64,000 nucleotides of DNA. It comes from Raillietiella orientalis. Lineage: Eukaryota. The notes beneath the pieces were generated by a model. It had not been told where the DNA came from and did not search any database. It saw nothing but the letters and a program-made list of their open reading frames with translations. Location of the stretch: positions 124,001 to 188,000 of the forward strand of contig JAYWIR010000055.1 in assembly GCA_036172245.1 (NCBI GenBank), read 5' to 3'. The position numbers were made by a program, and so were the translations under genes. Positions 13,090 through 25,639 of the stretch are shown here, piece by piece. Position 1 is the first letter of the stretch. Each line of letters starts with the position of its first letter.

Positions 13090-13836
13090 GGGCTGGTTCT
13101 ACCACGTGCAGGGAACCTGCCGAAGAGCGGCACGACAGACCGGCGAGGTCCGCTGCGGCAGCGTGGGAGGAAGGAAGGGAGGGAACAACAACAAAAAGAA
13201 AACAGGTGAGGAGAAATTGTACATGGGGAGGGGAGGAGGGTCAATTTATGCTGCCATGCGTCCTCTGCATCCTGTTCAGGATGCGGATGGCCAGTTCCGT
13301 CCGTGTCGCTCCTAGGCGGGGCCATCTCGAAGAGGTCCTCAAAAAGATCCGCGCTCAGTGGATGGCGTCCCTCCCATTTCAGTCCCCTTCTTCCCGCGTT
13401 CCATTATCCCGCGAGGTTCGGGGTCTCCAAGGCGAGGACAGCAGAGGACTGCGAAGGTCGTGGCTGGCGGCAGTGAGGCACCGCGTGCAAAAAGGTGGAA
13501 ATGCCCCTGGCGCCTCCCGCCGGGATTCCAAGGATCGTCGAGAGGCGATTCCCAAAGGGCCAGAAAGCAGCGCAGTCCACCAGCAGGTGCGGCAGGGTCT
13601 CCTTCTTCCCTCATCTGTCTCACTGAGAGTCCACCTTTCCCCCCCATGTTCAGTGGCGAAGGCGCATTTCGCACGGGATTCTCCGATGCAACACCAGCAG
13701 CAGCGCCGACTCCTACCAATTGAGGGGGAGGGCGCCGCTTCACCCCTTCCGGAGGCATCGTGAGCAGCTCTCCCCAGCGTAGCAGTCCGTGGGGTGGGAC
13801 ACGAGGGGTCGCAGCGTCCGTGACCTCCCGAGTTGT
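13090..13836 (-). mobile_element. Tx1-like LINE 3' fragment (copy L)
   Basis: Minus strand reads DAATPRVPPHGLLRWGELL...ESALLL...ETLPHLLVDCAAFWP (with frameshifts). The 3'UTR TGACCCTCC-pyrimidine tract-GCTGCC-CGCCGGTCTG runs into a (CA/TA)n microsatellite at ~13030-13090. Confidence 0.8.
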
Positions 13837-14605
13837 CCTGGGATAACGGAAATCCTTTATGGCTCTTCCTGTTTAGGCTGCTCCCCTCCTTCCTGTTTCT
13901 GGTTCTTGCTTCCGGGTTGCCTTTCTTCCGGTCCTCAAGGAGTGCTGAAGACCCGTCCATCTCCTTACGGGAAGGCCGCGAAGCTCTGCCCACGCCACCC
14001 GAGGGTGCATCCAACTCTTCTGTTTAGGGGATTACCCCGGAGGGACCACCCTTTGAATCCAGGAAGGTCCTAGAGGGAGGAGTCCGTCTCTCTTACCCCT
14101 GGGAGGGGAACACCAATGGGATAGCCTCCCATCCCTGGTTTCCCAAGGGAACCCCGAAGGGGACCACCCATTCCTCATTCTCTCTGGAGGGATCTCCCGA
14201 AAAGGGTCCACTCCCTGTTTTCTCCTCCTCCGAAGGCAAGGAGAAAACGGGGCGCTCTGGGAAGGACGAAAACCCCGAAGGACGCCCCACGATTTCTCTG
14301 CAGGGCGCTCCTCAAAGGGAGCACCGCATCATGGAGGGGTACCCCCTTGATGGGAGGGGCGGCCCCATTTTCGCAACCGGAAAGCTGCTTGATCTCCTGG
14401 AAGGACCTCGGAGAGTCAACTTCCCAGCCGGTAAGCGGGGACATCCAGCGTTGACCAGTGCCGCCGCACCCGAATAGGCCAACCAGCACCATCTTGCAAA
14501 GGGAGAGGCTACGACGCACCCCGTATTTCTCGGCTTCACCCCGGGCGGGATTCGAACCAGCGACGCCTGGCTCCTCCGCACGCGGAGGCTGCGGCCGATG
14601 CGGGC
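13837..14605 (-). mobile_element. tRNA-headed repeat / SINE-like element (copy S2)
   Basis: B box GGTTCGAATCCC (complement of 14547-14558). The body aligns with S4 down to GATTTCC.T.ATCC..GG and abuts copy L. Confidence 0.75.
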
Positions 14606-14869
14606 AGCGCCGCGTTGGCGCCTCTCAGACGACGGGACACGAAGGGCATCGGCCAGCAAAGACGGGCAAGGGACGCCGCCCTGAACCACCCTGGAGGTCA
14701 GCCGAGCTACCGGGAGGGTGGGAAGACCGGACCGGGGAAGTCAGCCGCCCCAATGGGGGAAAGGGGAGAAGGCGTTTCCCTCGCAACCGCTTGGACAGCC
14801 TCTGCGTCCCACCCCCCTCCCTCGCTCTCCCAGGCTTCCTGGAACGGGCCAGCCCAGCATCAGAGAGAA

Positions 14870-15881
14870 TCCCGTGCTAGCCAAGGGTCCCATGGGGTTA
14901 CAGAGGAGATCGCGCATGCGTTGTCATCCGACCTGTGCAAGCGGTCGTCGAGGAAGCGTTCCAGGCGACTTCGTGCAAACGGCGTGCCTGTGGGCATAGA
15001 CGAGGCGCAGTCGTTGGGAGCGTGCCCCAGGTGGGGACAGCTCTTCCGGAAGGGCCGTCCCCGCCCCAAGTGTCCATCCCCAAAGGAGTGCTACGCTGGG
15101 AGAGCCGCTCGGCATCCCTCTGGAAGGAGTGAAGAGGTCCCACTCAGCGTGCTGGGGCAGTGGTACCCTCCCCTCAAGTGGCAGGAGTCGACGATCTTGA
15201 TGTCGCATGGGGGGCCTCCTGTGCAACGCCGACACCACTGGACCCAGGAGGGGAGGGAAGGCGAGCCCCAACTGCGGCAGTTGCGGCGATAGAGTCCCTT
15301 CCGCACCTGCTCATGGACTGCATTGCCCTACGCCCTCTGCGGCAGAAGGCGTCTTCGCCGAGTGCCTGGAGATCCCCAAGGGCAACCCCGGAGGAGTTTC
15401 GAAACGCTTCTTCCTGCGCGGCGCGTTCCCCCACGCCGGCCGCATCCCCAGCAGCCCTCTGCTTGCTACCTCCACGGCGGAACCGTGCTTGCGTGCAGCA
15501 ATGCGAGAGGAGGCCAGGGCGACAGGGACGCCATTTATTGGGTGCTCCTCTTCTTGATGGTAGCGTCAAGATGGCCCCATCTGGGAATCCTGAGGAAGCC
15601 AAATTGCCGGCATCCTGGCAAGGATGCAGAGGACGCCCTCCAGCATCCGGCGATCCTTTGCAGAACGCTCCCAATTTTTTTCTATATATTTGTGGTTTCA
15701 CTTTTCTTTTTTGTCGCTCCCCCTTTCCCTCCGCTGCCTAGGCGAACTTCGCCGGTCTGCGTACGTGCTGGCTCTCGGCAGGTTCCCATGGTTACATTTG
15801 TGAAGTGGCAGGACCAAACATTCTGCCACCGACATCTACGTTTATTTCATATAAATAGACACCCCGGCGTAACCGGGTGTC
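14870..15881 (+). mobile_element. Tx1-like LINE 3' fragment (copy B)
   Basis: PLKWQESTIL..., PNCGSCGDRESLPHLLMDC, U-rich 3'UTR and terminal hairpins at 15805-15881. The 5' limit is approximate. Confidence 0.8.
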
Positions 15882-18800
15882 GAGCCACCTCCACCTCCCT
15901 ACGCCTCTTCACCGAGAGCCCTGTCGCTTGCCGGAGCTCCCTTGGCGGTCCGCTGCCTGCGGAAGTTCCCGGAAGACTTCCTGGACCTCCGTGACGCCGC
16001 CGGGGCCCAGCGCAGCGACCGCTCCTCCTGGGGGGAGGAGGACCAACGCCCTCCACCCTGGACCTGTCTCCCGCGGAACCGTGCGAGGGGTCGCAGCGCG
16101 GGCGGGGTGAGCACCAATGACCGGTGGTGCTGGCGGTGCCCTGACGGTCCGGTCCAGAAGGGCGTCTCCGCCCGCCGGAGCTCTCGCGGCAGCGGCCACG
16201 GGGCTCCGAAACTGCCCTTGTTGTCGGGAAGAATGGGCGGAGGGCGCCTGCTGACCTCCGCGTCTCGTTCCACGCCGCGCCGCTGACAGGTGGTCGAGGG
16301 ACCCCGGCTTACCGGGACTTCCCCTGCCCGAGGGAACGTCACGAGGGCCGGGGGAGGGGAGGGACACCTCTCGCCAACTCCCGGACGACGAGCGTCCTGC
16401 CGTGCGGCTGCGGCCCGAACGGCGAGGAGGCGCGTCGAAGCTTCCGTCTGTCGACCCTGTCGGGGCGCTTCGCCCGCCCCGTAGGTAGGCGTGTTATCAG
16501 CCGCCTCTCGGGAGCGAGGTGCTCCCGCACTTATTGCCCGCGCTGCTATCGCGGGGGACACTGCCGCTCGCCCTCGACTCCGAGCTCCTCTCTCCCTGCG
16601 GCGAGGCTTCCGAGAGAGGGCGTGCCCGGGCGGTAAATCAGCAAGGTGCCCCCGACCGCGCGCGAGGAGGTTTCGAGCTCCCTTCGGCTCGAGGGCAGCG
16701 GCCCAGTTGCCAAGGAGCGAGCTGGGGGAGGGGAGGGCGGCTTGCGCGGTAAGGCCCTCCCACCCTCGGCTCGAGGGCGCCCCGAGGGTGGAAGGGCCTC
16801 TACGCTTGCCTCGGGTCCGCAAATCGGGTGGGGCACCGGGAGCACGCATGGGCGAGCCGAAAACCACGCCGGTGCCCGAAGGGGCGACCCACCCCGGAGG
16901 GGTCGCGAGTGCTGCAGCCTCCCTCTCCTCTCCAGCGCTCGCGCGAGTCGGCAGTGGATAAATCACGGAGCGGTCGTTACGCCCGTCCGGCGGCCGCGCT
17001 TCCCGCCATCGGCGGAGCAGGGGAGCCCCTCTTGATTTACGAGGCGTTCGCGCCCGGAAGCCAATCCCAGCGCTGCCCCCTCACCAGAGATCCCCCCCCT
17101 TAGCCTCGGCAGGAGAGGAGGCCGCGGAAACTTTTTCGCTCGCACGCACGGTGCAGGCTGCGGCCCGCGGGCGGGCGGGCAAGCGCGTGTGCCAAGCATC
17201 GGAAACCTCGAAAGTTTTCCGATCACGTGACCCGGCGCCGCCGCCCGGCTTCGCTTATCGAGTGACGACGATAAATGGCGGCGGCAAACAAAAACGTCCG
17301 TGGAAATCAATGGCTGCAGGCCCCGACCAAAGTGCGAAAGTGCGCGGCGGGCTGCACATACGGCCGGCACCTCCTCCTCTCCGGCGGAGACGACACCGCG
17401 CGCCTTCCCTTCCTCCTCCCTCTCTCCCGGGCGCCGTGTGACGTCACTGCGGAGCAGAAAACCCTGCTCTGCAGTGAGCAGCGCCTGTGTTTGCGCACAC
17501 ATCCGGATCGCAGCTCCTTTTCGAGATCGATGATAATGATGATGCCTGCTCGCATCGCTGATAGTCGATCCCTCCCGGCTGCGCAGTTGCTGCGCTCGCG
17601 CGCGGGAAGTGCGCCACGTCGTCGGTGGTACTCTGGCAGCCTCTGCTTTCCACATCCGCTCCCGGTCTGGGCAGGTGCTGCTGACTCAGGCGATGCCGGC
17701 GGGAAAACTTTCCCCCCACTTGCCTCTACGAGGGGAACCTCTTTCGGGCGAGCGGAGGAAATGGAACGTGGGGCTGCGGAAGGAAAGCCGGGGAAGGTGC
17801 GCATCGCCCGCCCAAGTTTCGCGCCACGAGAAGCGCTCGGGGGCATGACGTCACGCCTACGCGCGCACTCGTTCGCTTGGCACGCGGCGCCTCTCCCTAC
17901 GTCGCGAGGCGATCGCGGAAACGTGAAAACACCCTCAATGATCCTCACCATGGTAGGAATGGTAAGAACGACGATCGTGATGATGATGAAAGCGAGCTCC
18001 TCTCCTCTGAATTCCCCCCGCGCGGGCTTCCGGGACCTGCCTACGCGGCTGGCCGGGTTTCCTAGGATACGGGAGGGAGGGGGGCTACGAGAGAGTCGGA
18101 ATTCGAATCCGCGAAGCCACGGCAGCATCGGCTGCGAGAGTCCAGAGAGCGGGCGCGCGATCAAGTGGTACGGAAACGGAGATTGGAAGAATGGGATTAA
18201 AGGAATTCGTCGTTGTCGCGACGGGAGTTTTTTTTCCTTTTCCTTTCTCGTTTCGCCTTTTTGATTTCGTGTTTGGCGGGTGAACGCGATCGAACGAGCA
18301 AGCGCAGGCGGGCGAGCGAACCCCACGAGGGTGGGGAGGGGACATGTGCCCACGAGGCGTGCGGGCAGGAAGAGACCGCCGACGGAGAGAGGGTCTTTTG
18401 AGGCGGGTTCCGGACGCGCGCGTCAGAGCTTTCTAGCCTCTTGTCTTGCTCAAGAAGGGAGGTGTTTCCAGAAACGAACGCCTCCGGGGCCGATGCCGAC
18501 GACAGCCAGCAGCGTCGGAGGGTTTCCCGCGTTTTCCGGGAGTCGCAACCCCAGGGGCGCGCGGTGGCCGGCGGAGGATGCCCAAGACGATTCGGTGAGG
18601 AAGAGGGGCCGGCCCCATCCGGGGGCTGCTATTATTCCCGACCTCTTTTTTCCCCCTACTTGCCCTCTCCATCCCGCAGGCACCTCCGGGCGAGCGGGCT
18701 CTTCTCTGGCTAGCAGCATCGCCGGCTTCCGAAGGGTCAGGTCCTCTTGGGTGCGGCTGCTGTGGGTCTCCTCTTCTGAAGCCACCCTCAGGGAACCGCC

Positions 18801-20130
18801 GGTTTGTCCTGCAGGTCATGAAGCCGAAAGGGCAGTTTCCCCGGCAGCGAGTCCGACCTGACCCGCCGTCCGCTTCCCCAGTGCAAAGGGCCGCCTGCGC
18901 GGAGGGCGCAGCCTCCGACGAGGAAGGGCCGCCCGCAGCAGAAAGGGAGGAGAGTGCAACCGGGCCCATTCTGTCTGGAGGGGCATCCCCTCCCTGCCCC
19001 TCAGAGGCACCTCTTCGACGGCGGCATTCTTAGAGGGCGAGGAGCAGCCCCTGGCATGCATCCACTGCTATCCGTCGTGGGCATCTCTATAGTCGGGTGT
19101 CTTCAGGGGCGGCGCCGCGCGGGTTGCCCCCGTCGCGGACGGCGGGGGCAAGCCACGCGGTGGAGTCTGGTGCCCTCTAGTGACATCGGAGTACACCCAC
19201 CGGGTCAACAGGGGTGACCCGATGTGGAGACGCAGAGTCCGGGAAGGGAAGGGGTCCCCGGGCCCCTCACCACCCAGTCGAGGGCCATGGAAAGAGAGGA
19301 GCACTCTGTCGCCCCCGAGTGCCATCGAGGGCGGGTCAGCTCTGACCGCCAACCCGGGTAGTCGCTCCTGACGGAGACCCCAAGGCGGCAGTCCGAGGCG
19401 AAAGGAAGGAGAGGAAGAGAGGGACCGCCCTTGAGGGCAGTCCCTTGTCTCACCGACAGTTGCTGGCATGCTGATAAATAGGGCAGGAGCTTCGGGCGCT
19501 GTCCAGGGAGAGGAGCAGCCTGCCCCCAGGGAGTGACAGGATGGCCCTTCTCCTCTTCCCGGTGGGGCGCGAGACAAAACCGGCACGACTACGCCCGGTG
19601 GTCTTCCCAGAGGCCCTGGCACAATCAGAGGGGAAGGAAGGTCAACCAGCCTGCAGCGCTTGGCTGCTTGACCTCTACGGTCGTCCCAGCGCCTCGCCTC
19701 TGCCCACCACCATCCTCGGCGATTTCTTGGCGTGGGGACGCGCGGCAGGCAGCCTGGCCGTCTGTCCTCCGAGCTCTCTCTTCGGGACGGAAGAAGGGTG
19801 GGCGGGGAGGAAGCACCCTCCTCCCGACGTGGGGGACTAAGGGGTGGACCTCCCGGGGCAGACCCCTCGTGCCCAACAGGGAGGTGGCACAACTCTCCCC
19901 GGCACCCACAGAAGCGCCGGGGACTTGTTTTTTCCGGAATTCCCCGACTGAGGGCCAGGAGAAGCCCTATCGGGGGGGGAAGGCGCCACCGCGGTTCAGG
20001 GGTCTCGACGTGGGCTGAGCAAGAGGCGGCAGTCCCTTGGCCCATCGCGAGGCCCCCGCAGCTTCTGCGAAGAGGGCAGCGACGGGGAGACGCTCATGCG
20101 CCTCGGCACCCGAGGCGACGTGAAAGTGCA

Positions 20131-20160
<30 letters not shown>
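20131..20160 (+). repeat. (GCG)10 microsatellite in the putative 5' leader of the NHERF-like gene
   Basis: Ten perfect GCG units ~90 nt upstream of ATG 20250. Confidence 0.9.
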
Positions 20161-20162
<2 letters not shown>

Positions 20163-20249
20163 AGCGCGCATGCGCGGGAGGGCGGTCCGCCTCTCTGCCG
20201 TAGACGACGCGGGAGCGACGGGACGGCAGACGAGGGGCGATCGCCGCGC

Positions 20250-22536
20250 ATGGAGGACGTAGGTCGGCCTGTGGGTGTGACGACTTCGCGAGGGTCCGGT
20301 GCCGGATCCAAGTCGACCTCGGCGCCACGCCTGTGCCACCTGGTGCGGTGGCCCCACTTCGACGGCTACGGGTTCAACTTGCATGCTGACAAGAAAAGCT
20401 CCGGGCAGTTCATCGGGAAGGTGGATGCGGGCTCTCCTGCGGAGACGGCGGGCCTGCGGGAGGGCGACCGCATCGTCGAGGTCAACGGGGTCAACATCTG
20501 CAACGAGAACCACCGGCAGGTGGTCGAGCGCATCCGCAAGGTGCCCGAGGAGACGCGCCTCCTGGTGGTGGATGTCGTGGCTGACGCCTTCTACAAGGAG
20601 GCCAACGTGGTCCTCTCCGGCGACCACCCTGACGTGGTCTTTCTGACCTCTGACCTGGGCCTCCAGCTCCCCCAGGGACTCGAGAGCGAGGAGGTGCAAG
20701 CCGCCGTGCCGGAAGGCGACGGGAGCGCTGTGGACAACTCCGGACGGCACCACGACCACAGCGGCAGCAGCAAGCACGACGGTGGCGCCGAGGACAGCGT
20801 GGACGAGGACGAGGACATGGACCACCGCCTGACGAACGAGTCGAGGGCCGCCGGCGTCCACTCCGGGCAGGTCAGTGCACCTCTCCTTTCCTCCCTCAGT
20901 GCGAGATGCGCCACCCCACAACCCCCACCCTTTTTCGTCCCTCCGCCTCCCGCCAAGGCTGTCATTTTTTTTTTTTTTTTTGCCGTTTTTCCTCGTCCTT
21001 TCGCTCGCGGATAGGCAGGTGCTGTTTCGCTCCGCTGGCGCTGCGAACGCCGCACCTCCCTATTTTGGTCAAAGCGCCCGGGTCCCGCGCTAGCACAAGT
21101 GCGCGCTCGTGTGTAGTGAGGGGGAGATGTACGCGCGCCAGTGGTGGCGGCGACGGCCTCCGTGGAGACGAGGCGTGGAAGGAAGCGCGCACCGAAGGGC
21201 GTCCCGTTTCGGGCGCTGCTCCCCGTCCCAGAGAGGGAAGGGAGCGTCTCTCGCCCCGAAGGAGGGCGCCGTGCTCGAGTGGTGGGATGGGGTGCCAGGA
21301 GGCGCATCCGCCCGACCGGCCGCCTTGCGTCAGCTGTCCTCAATTTGTCTAGGGGCGCCCCTAGAGGAAGGGGGGGGGGACATGGAGTTTCCTGCTGGTG
21401 CCAGCGCGCGGACCTCTCCTGCTCCGCCCCCATACTGGCGTCACTGCCAGCCGCACGCGCCGCCCCGCTGCCGACTCCCAGCTGCGATGTGACTCATCCC
21501 GGTTTCGCCCTCCCCCGCCCGGCCGCCTCTATGCGCCTTCCCGCCGGTCGGCTGCACCCTGCCCTCGAGACGTGCGGCTAGATTCAGGGGGTCTGCGAGG
21601 CTGCTCCTTCCGTTCCGCACCTCCCGGCGCTCTGGAAAGGTTGGCTGCCACGGTCGCCGAGGTCACCAGCAGACGCGCGCGCGCTTCCCCCGCGGCGCGA
21701 ACAGGGTAGCGGGGGTATGCAAGGGCAGATCCCTCCCGCTTTCAGGCTCACTTTAGTTGGCGTCCCAAGCGTGTAAAGCGCAGACCGGCGGCGGAAGCGC
21801 TGCGTTCCGTCGAAGCACCTGACCGGAAGAGCGGTTTGGAAGGCGCGCGACGGCGGTCTCGTGACGTCACGAGGCTGCGGTGGGGGCCGTCAGCACGCGA
21901 GTCGTGGCGAGACACGGGTGGGCGCGAGCGCTCGCGTGACTCCGGGAAGCCAGCCCTTCGGCAGACTTCGAAAGACCCGTTCCCGGGCTCCCACACGTCC
22001 CGCGGAGTTTCCTGCCCGCTTATTGTCGGGGAGGCAGGGTTGCCAGACGTTGGTGGCAAACCGACGTCTCTAGCGTGGCGACCCGCTGTTGGCATTTCTG
22101 GGGGAGGGGGGTTATTCGCCCCGCCCGGCGCACTTCCCTTCCCCCCCTCCTTTGTTTGTAGTGCGGGGGCGCGCCGGAAGCGACCGTTCGGGCGGGAGGC
22201 GTCTCCCGTGACGACGGGGGAGCGCTCGGGCGGCGGGCGGCGCGCCTGCTCCTCTCCCGCTTCCCTTCCTCTTTGCCGTTCCAGGACTCCGACGGGAGAG
22301 CGTCGATGGGCAGCTCCAGCGCGAGCGAGGAGGCCGTCGGGAGCGCCGCCAGCTCCCTCCCGAGAGTGGCGGCGGCGGCGCCACCGTCGCCCATTTCCTC
22401 GAGCCAGAAGGCCGAACTGAACCTCAACATGTCGGCCAAAGAAATGCGCCAGAAGGTGGCTCAGAACAAAAAGAAGGACCCCAGGAAGGAACCCCTGGAC
22501 TTCCAGAAGCGCTACGAAATCATCCAGGCCATGTGA
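20250..22536 (+). CDS. NHERF: NHERF/EBP50-family PDZ scaffold (Sip1/NRFL-1-like), ~290 aa, 2 exons (20250-20870, 22285-22536)
   Basis: Exon 1 encodes a PDZ domain ([23 protein letters not shown]...[27 protein letters not shown]). The intron is phase 0, GTCAGT...TTCCAG. Exon 2 encodes the ERM-binding C-terminus [45 protein letters not shown] at 22618. Further upstream exons cannot be excluded. Confidence 0.92.
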
Positions 22537-25500
22537 GGGGTCACCTGCCCCGAGGCGATGCGCCTTCCCCCCCCTTTGCTTCCTTCCGGAAGGGCGCTTG
22601 CCCCGTTCCTCTGAGAAAATAAAGAAAAGCGAAATGGCGATTTCTGCCCTCGGCCGAGGGCCTTGGGGGGAGGGGGCGGAAGGACGGAAGGGGAGGCGGG
22701 GAGCTGCCCCCCGGCTGCGCACTGGTGAGTCCGCAGCTCCCTGCAACTCCCTGTCCATTCTGCGGGCGGGTCATCGGCCAGCCCGCTCCCGGTTCGAACG
22801 CCATCTTCCTCTCTCTCGGCGGCGGCGACCTGACGTCTGCCTCGTACCCAAGGGCAGGGGCATTTTTTCAGGCCGGGAGTCACCCGAGGGTTTCCCTCCT
22901 TTCCTGCGAACAACCATTTCCCTAACAGCACCGGAAGCCCGTGGCACGAGAGGGCCAGCGCCACCTCAGAAGAAAACCTGGTGGCCTTCCTGCCCGAGCG
23001 GGCGAGCTCTATGGGAGGAGGGGGAGGAGGGTCAAGTGGGCCACTTGCTGAAGCCCTGCTGGCGCCTCTGCCGGAGTGGAGTCTAGAGAGTTCACGCGGG
23101 CGGCTGGCGGCGTGGGAAACTGTTCTTCGCTGCTCCTCGAGTGGGCCCACGCGGCGCTACGCCCGCCTCGTGCCGTGCCGCCGCCCCCGTCGCTGCTGCT
23201 CGTCTCCACGTGACCATCTTGATCTCGCATGCCCTCTTCCCATAGACGTTGCCAGGGAGACAATCCAAAGCAACCTCAAGGGCGTTATCCGGTATCCTTC
23301 CTGCTTCCGAGGTCGTAAAAACCCTCAGAGCATCCTGCTGGACAGCGCGCATCCAGGCTTTGCTTATTCAGATGGGGCAGATGGAAGAAGCTTCTTTTAA
23401 CGCAGGGCCCCGGGAGGTGGTGCTCGCCGTCCCCAGGATCCCTCTAACGGTCAGGTGCAGCGAAGTCCCGCCATCCTGCGGCGGAACGGACCAGCAGGAA
23501 TGGCTATAGGGGGCACCCGCCGCCGACAGCGCACCTCGCCTGCGGCGACTCCTTTGTACACTTCTGCCCTGCGGCACCAGGAGGCACGTTCACCTGAGAG
23601 AGGCAGAAGCAGGGGACCCCGGCCTGGGGTCAAGTGATGTGGGGGAAGGTGCTGAGTGCTCAGCCTTGGGGTCTCCCGGCGTCGCCCGTCCCAGCTTGGA
23701 CTGCGCAGTCGCGGCTCCCGTTCGCGCGAAAAGGAGGGGGGACAGTGGGTTGCCCTACCCCTGAGGGGGTGCCAGACGGCGGAGGGCACGAGCAGGGAGT
23801 TGCGGTGCGATTGAGGGGCAGGGCAGGCCCACACCTCGTGCGCAAGCGACCGGGCGGCTCCCACTTTCCTGGCACTCCACGCGCGGTCCCGGTACCCTTC
23901 GACTCCCGGAAGCCGCGGCCTCGCTCTCTTCCGTCAGGTGGCGCCTTGAATCGGCGCCGCCGCAGCCAATCGCGCCTTCGACAGCTATTCGAAGAGTGCG
24001 CTCTGGGGAGCTGGCGACTTGATGCGTGGAAGGGTTGGTGTGGGCCGAAGGCCCTTTAGCTCGGTCGGCCCCCAATCCGGAGGTCAGGTCTGGTCGTTCA
24101 CCTGTCTCTCCCGGAAACTGGGAAGGTCGTTACCTTGTCTCCCCTCACCCGTGCGGCCTCTTGCAGTGACTCCTGCGGCTGAAGACGGGCCTTCGGGGTC
24201 AGGGCGTGTCGCCCTCCATTGGTCACCACGACGGCCGGCTCGCGCGCGCGCCCCTCACGGTGTGTCTACGCGTCAAGGTGGATCGCGTCGTCGTCTCTAC
24301 CGCCGCTTTGTTTGTCGCCAGAGGCGGTTTCCTTGGTAACCTCCTCCTCCTTCCCCCCTCCTCCCCGAGAGCGCCTTTTGCAGTCCGTCAGGTGTGCGTC
24401 GAGAAGCTGCGCCAACGCGTCCTCGAGGGGGCGTTGCGCAGCTGGGGGCCGGGCTGGGTGGCCCCTGAGGGACCGACCCGGAGGTCCGGTCGGGAAGGGG
24501 GGGGGAAGGCGTGCGCAGTTGGTCGCCGGTCAGCCATCCCGTCCGCTCCGGATGCGCGCACCGGCGCCGAAGCGCCTCCGCGGCGCCAGCAGCCTCCGCC
24601 AGCATCCGGGCCCGCATCTCCGCCCTTCCTCAGAGGAAGGCGCTAGCGCGGCGCGAGCGCGGATCGACGGGTAAGAGACGGGGGGGAGGGAGGGGATGTC
24701 CGGATTTCCCTCCGCGCGTGGGAAGCGAGCAGGAAGACCCCACTCCCCGGAACACCCTTGGCCGCAGGAGATCGTGGGTGCTTCGGCCGATCCGCGCCTC
24801 GTGGCGCCGCCCGGCTGCCCTTCCTGGATCCCTCCACCCGGTCCATACCCCTCATCGGAGGGCGCGACCTCGAGTCCCGCCATCCTGGGGTGATAGCGCC
24901 TTTGCCTTCGCTCGACGGTGCGAGGAGCGCGGCTCTGTCGCCCTCTCTGGCTCCAGGGCAGTGCTCATGTCGTGCCTTTCCTCGTCTCTCGTCCGCCAGC
25001 CGTCCTTGGCGGGAGCGCTCGTCGTCTGCTGCAGCGCCCCGCTCGCCTCGCAATCGCCGTTACCAAGGAGGCGGCGGCCTTGTAGCGGAGCGCCAGCTTC
25101 CGGGTGACGGTAAGAGAAGGCCGTGGACGGAGGGGGGGGGACGGTGGGGGGATGCGGAGAAAGGGTCGCTGCTGGGGGACCTTCCCGGAGCAAAGAATGC
25201 CCTCTGGCTGCCTACGTGTCCTCCTCCCCCTTCCGGGGCAGCACGATGAGCCTCCGGCCAGCCCTCAACTCGGGCTCGACGCTCTCCACCCGTCGATTGA
25301 TAGAGGGCTGGTCTTCGTCTTGGTGCCAGGCCGCAGCTGGGACGAGTGGGTAGAGAATCTCGGGGCAGCTTCCCAGTGCCCGAGCGGCGAGCTGGAAGGA
25401 GACTCGACCATGCGACGCCCCTCCATCACTTGGGGAGGGAGAAGCCAGTGTGGATGACCTTGAATCCCCATGGAGGAGCTGCTCCTTTCCCGAGGAGGCG

Positions 25501-25639
25501 CCTCAGGCAGGGCCCTCCTCCTCGTCCCTCTCTCCGTTCTGGGAAGCGACAGCCTGAGGGCTGCGCTTGGGAGGTGACTTGGGAGGGCCAGGGGGCAAAG
25601 GGGGTCTTTCTGGGGTGCGCCACGCCACTATCTTTACCC

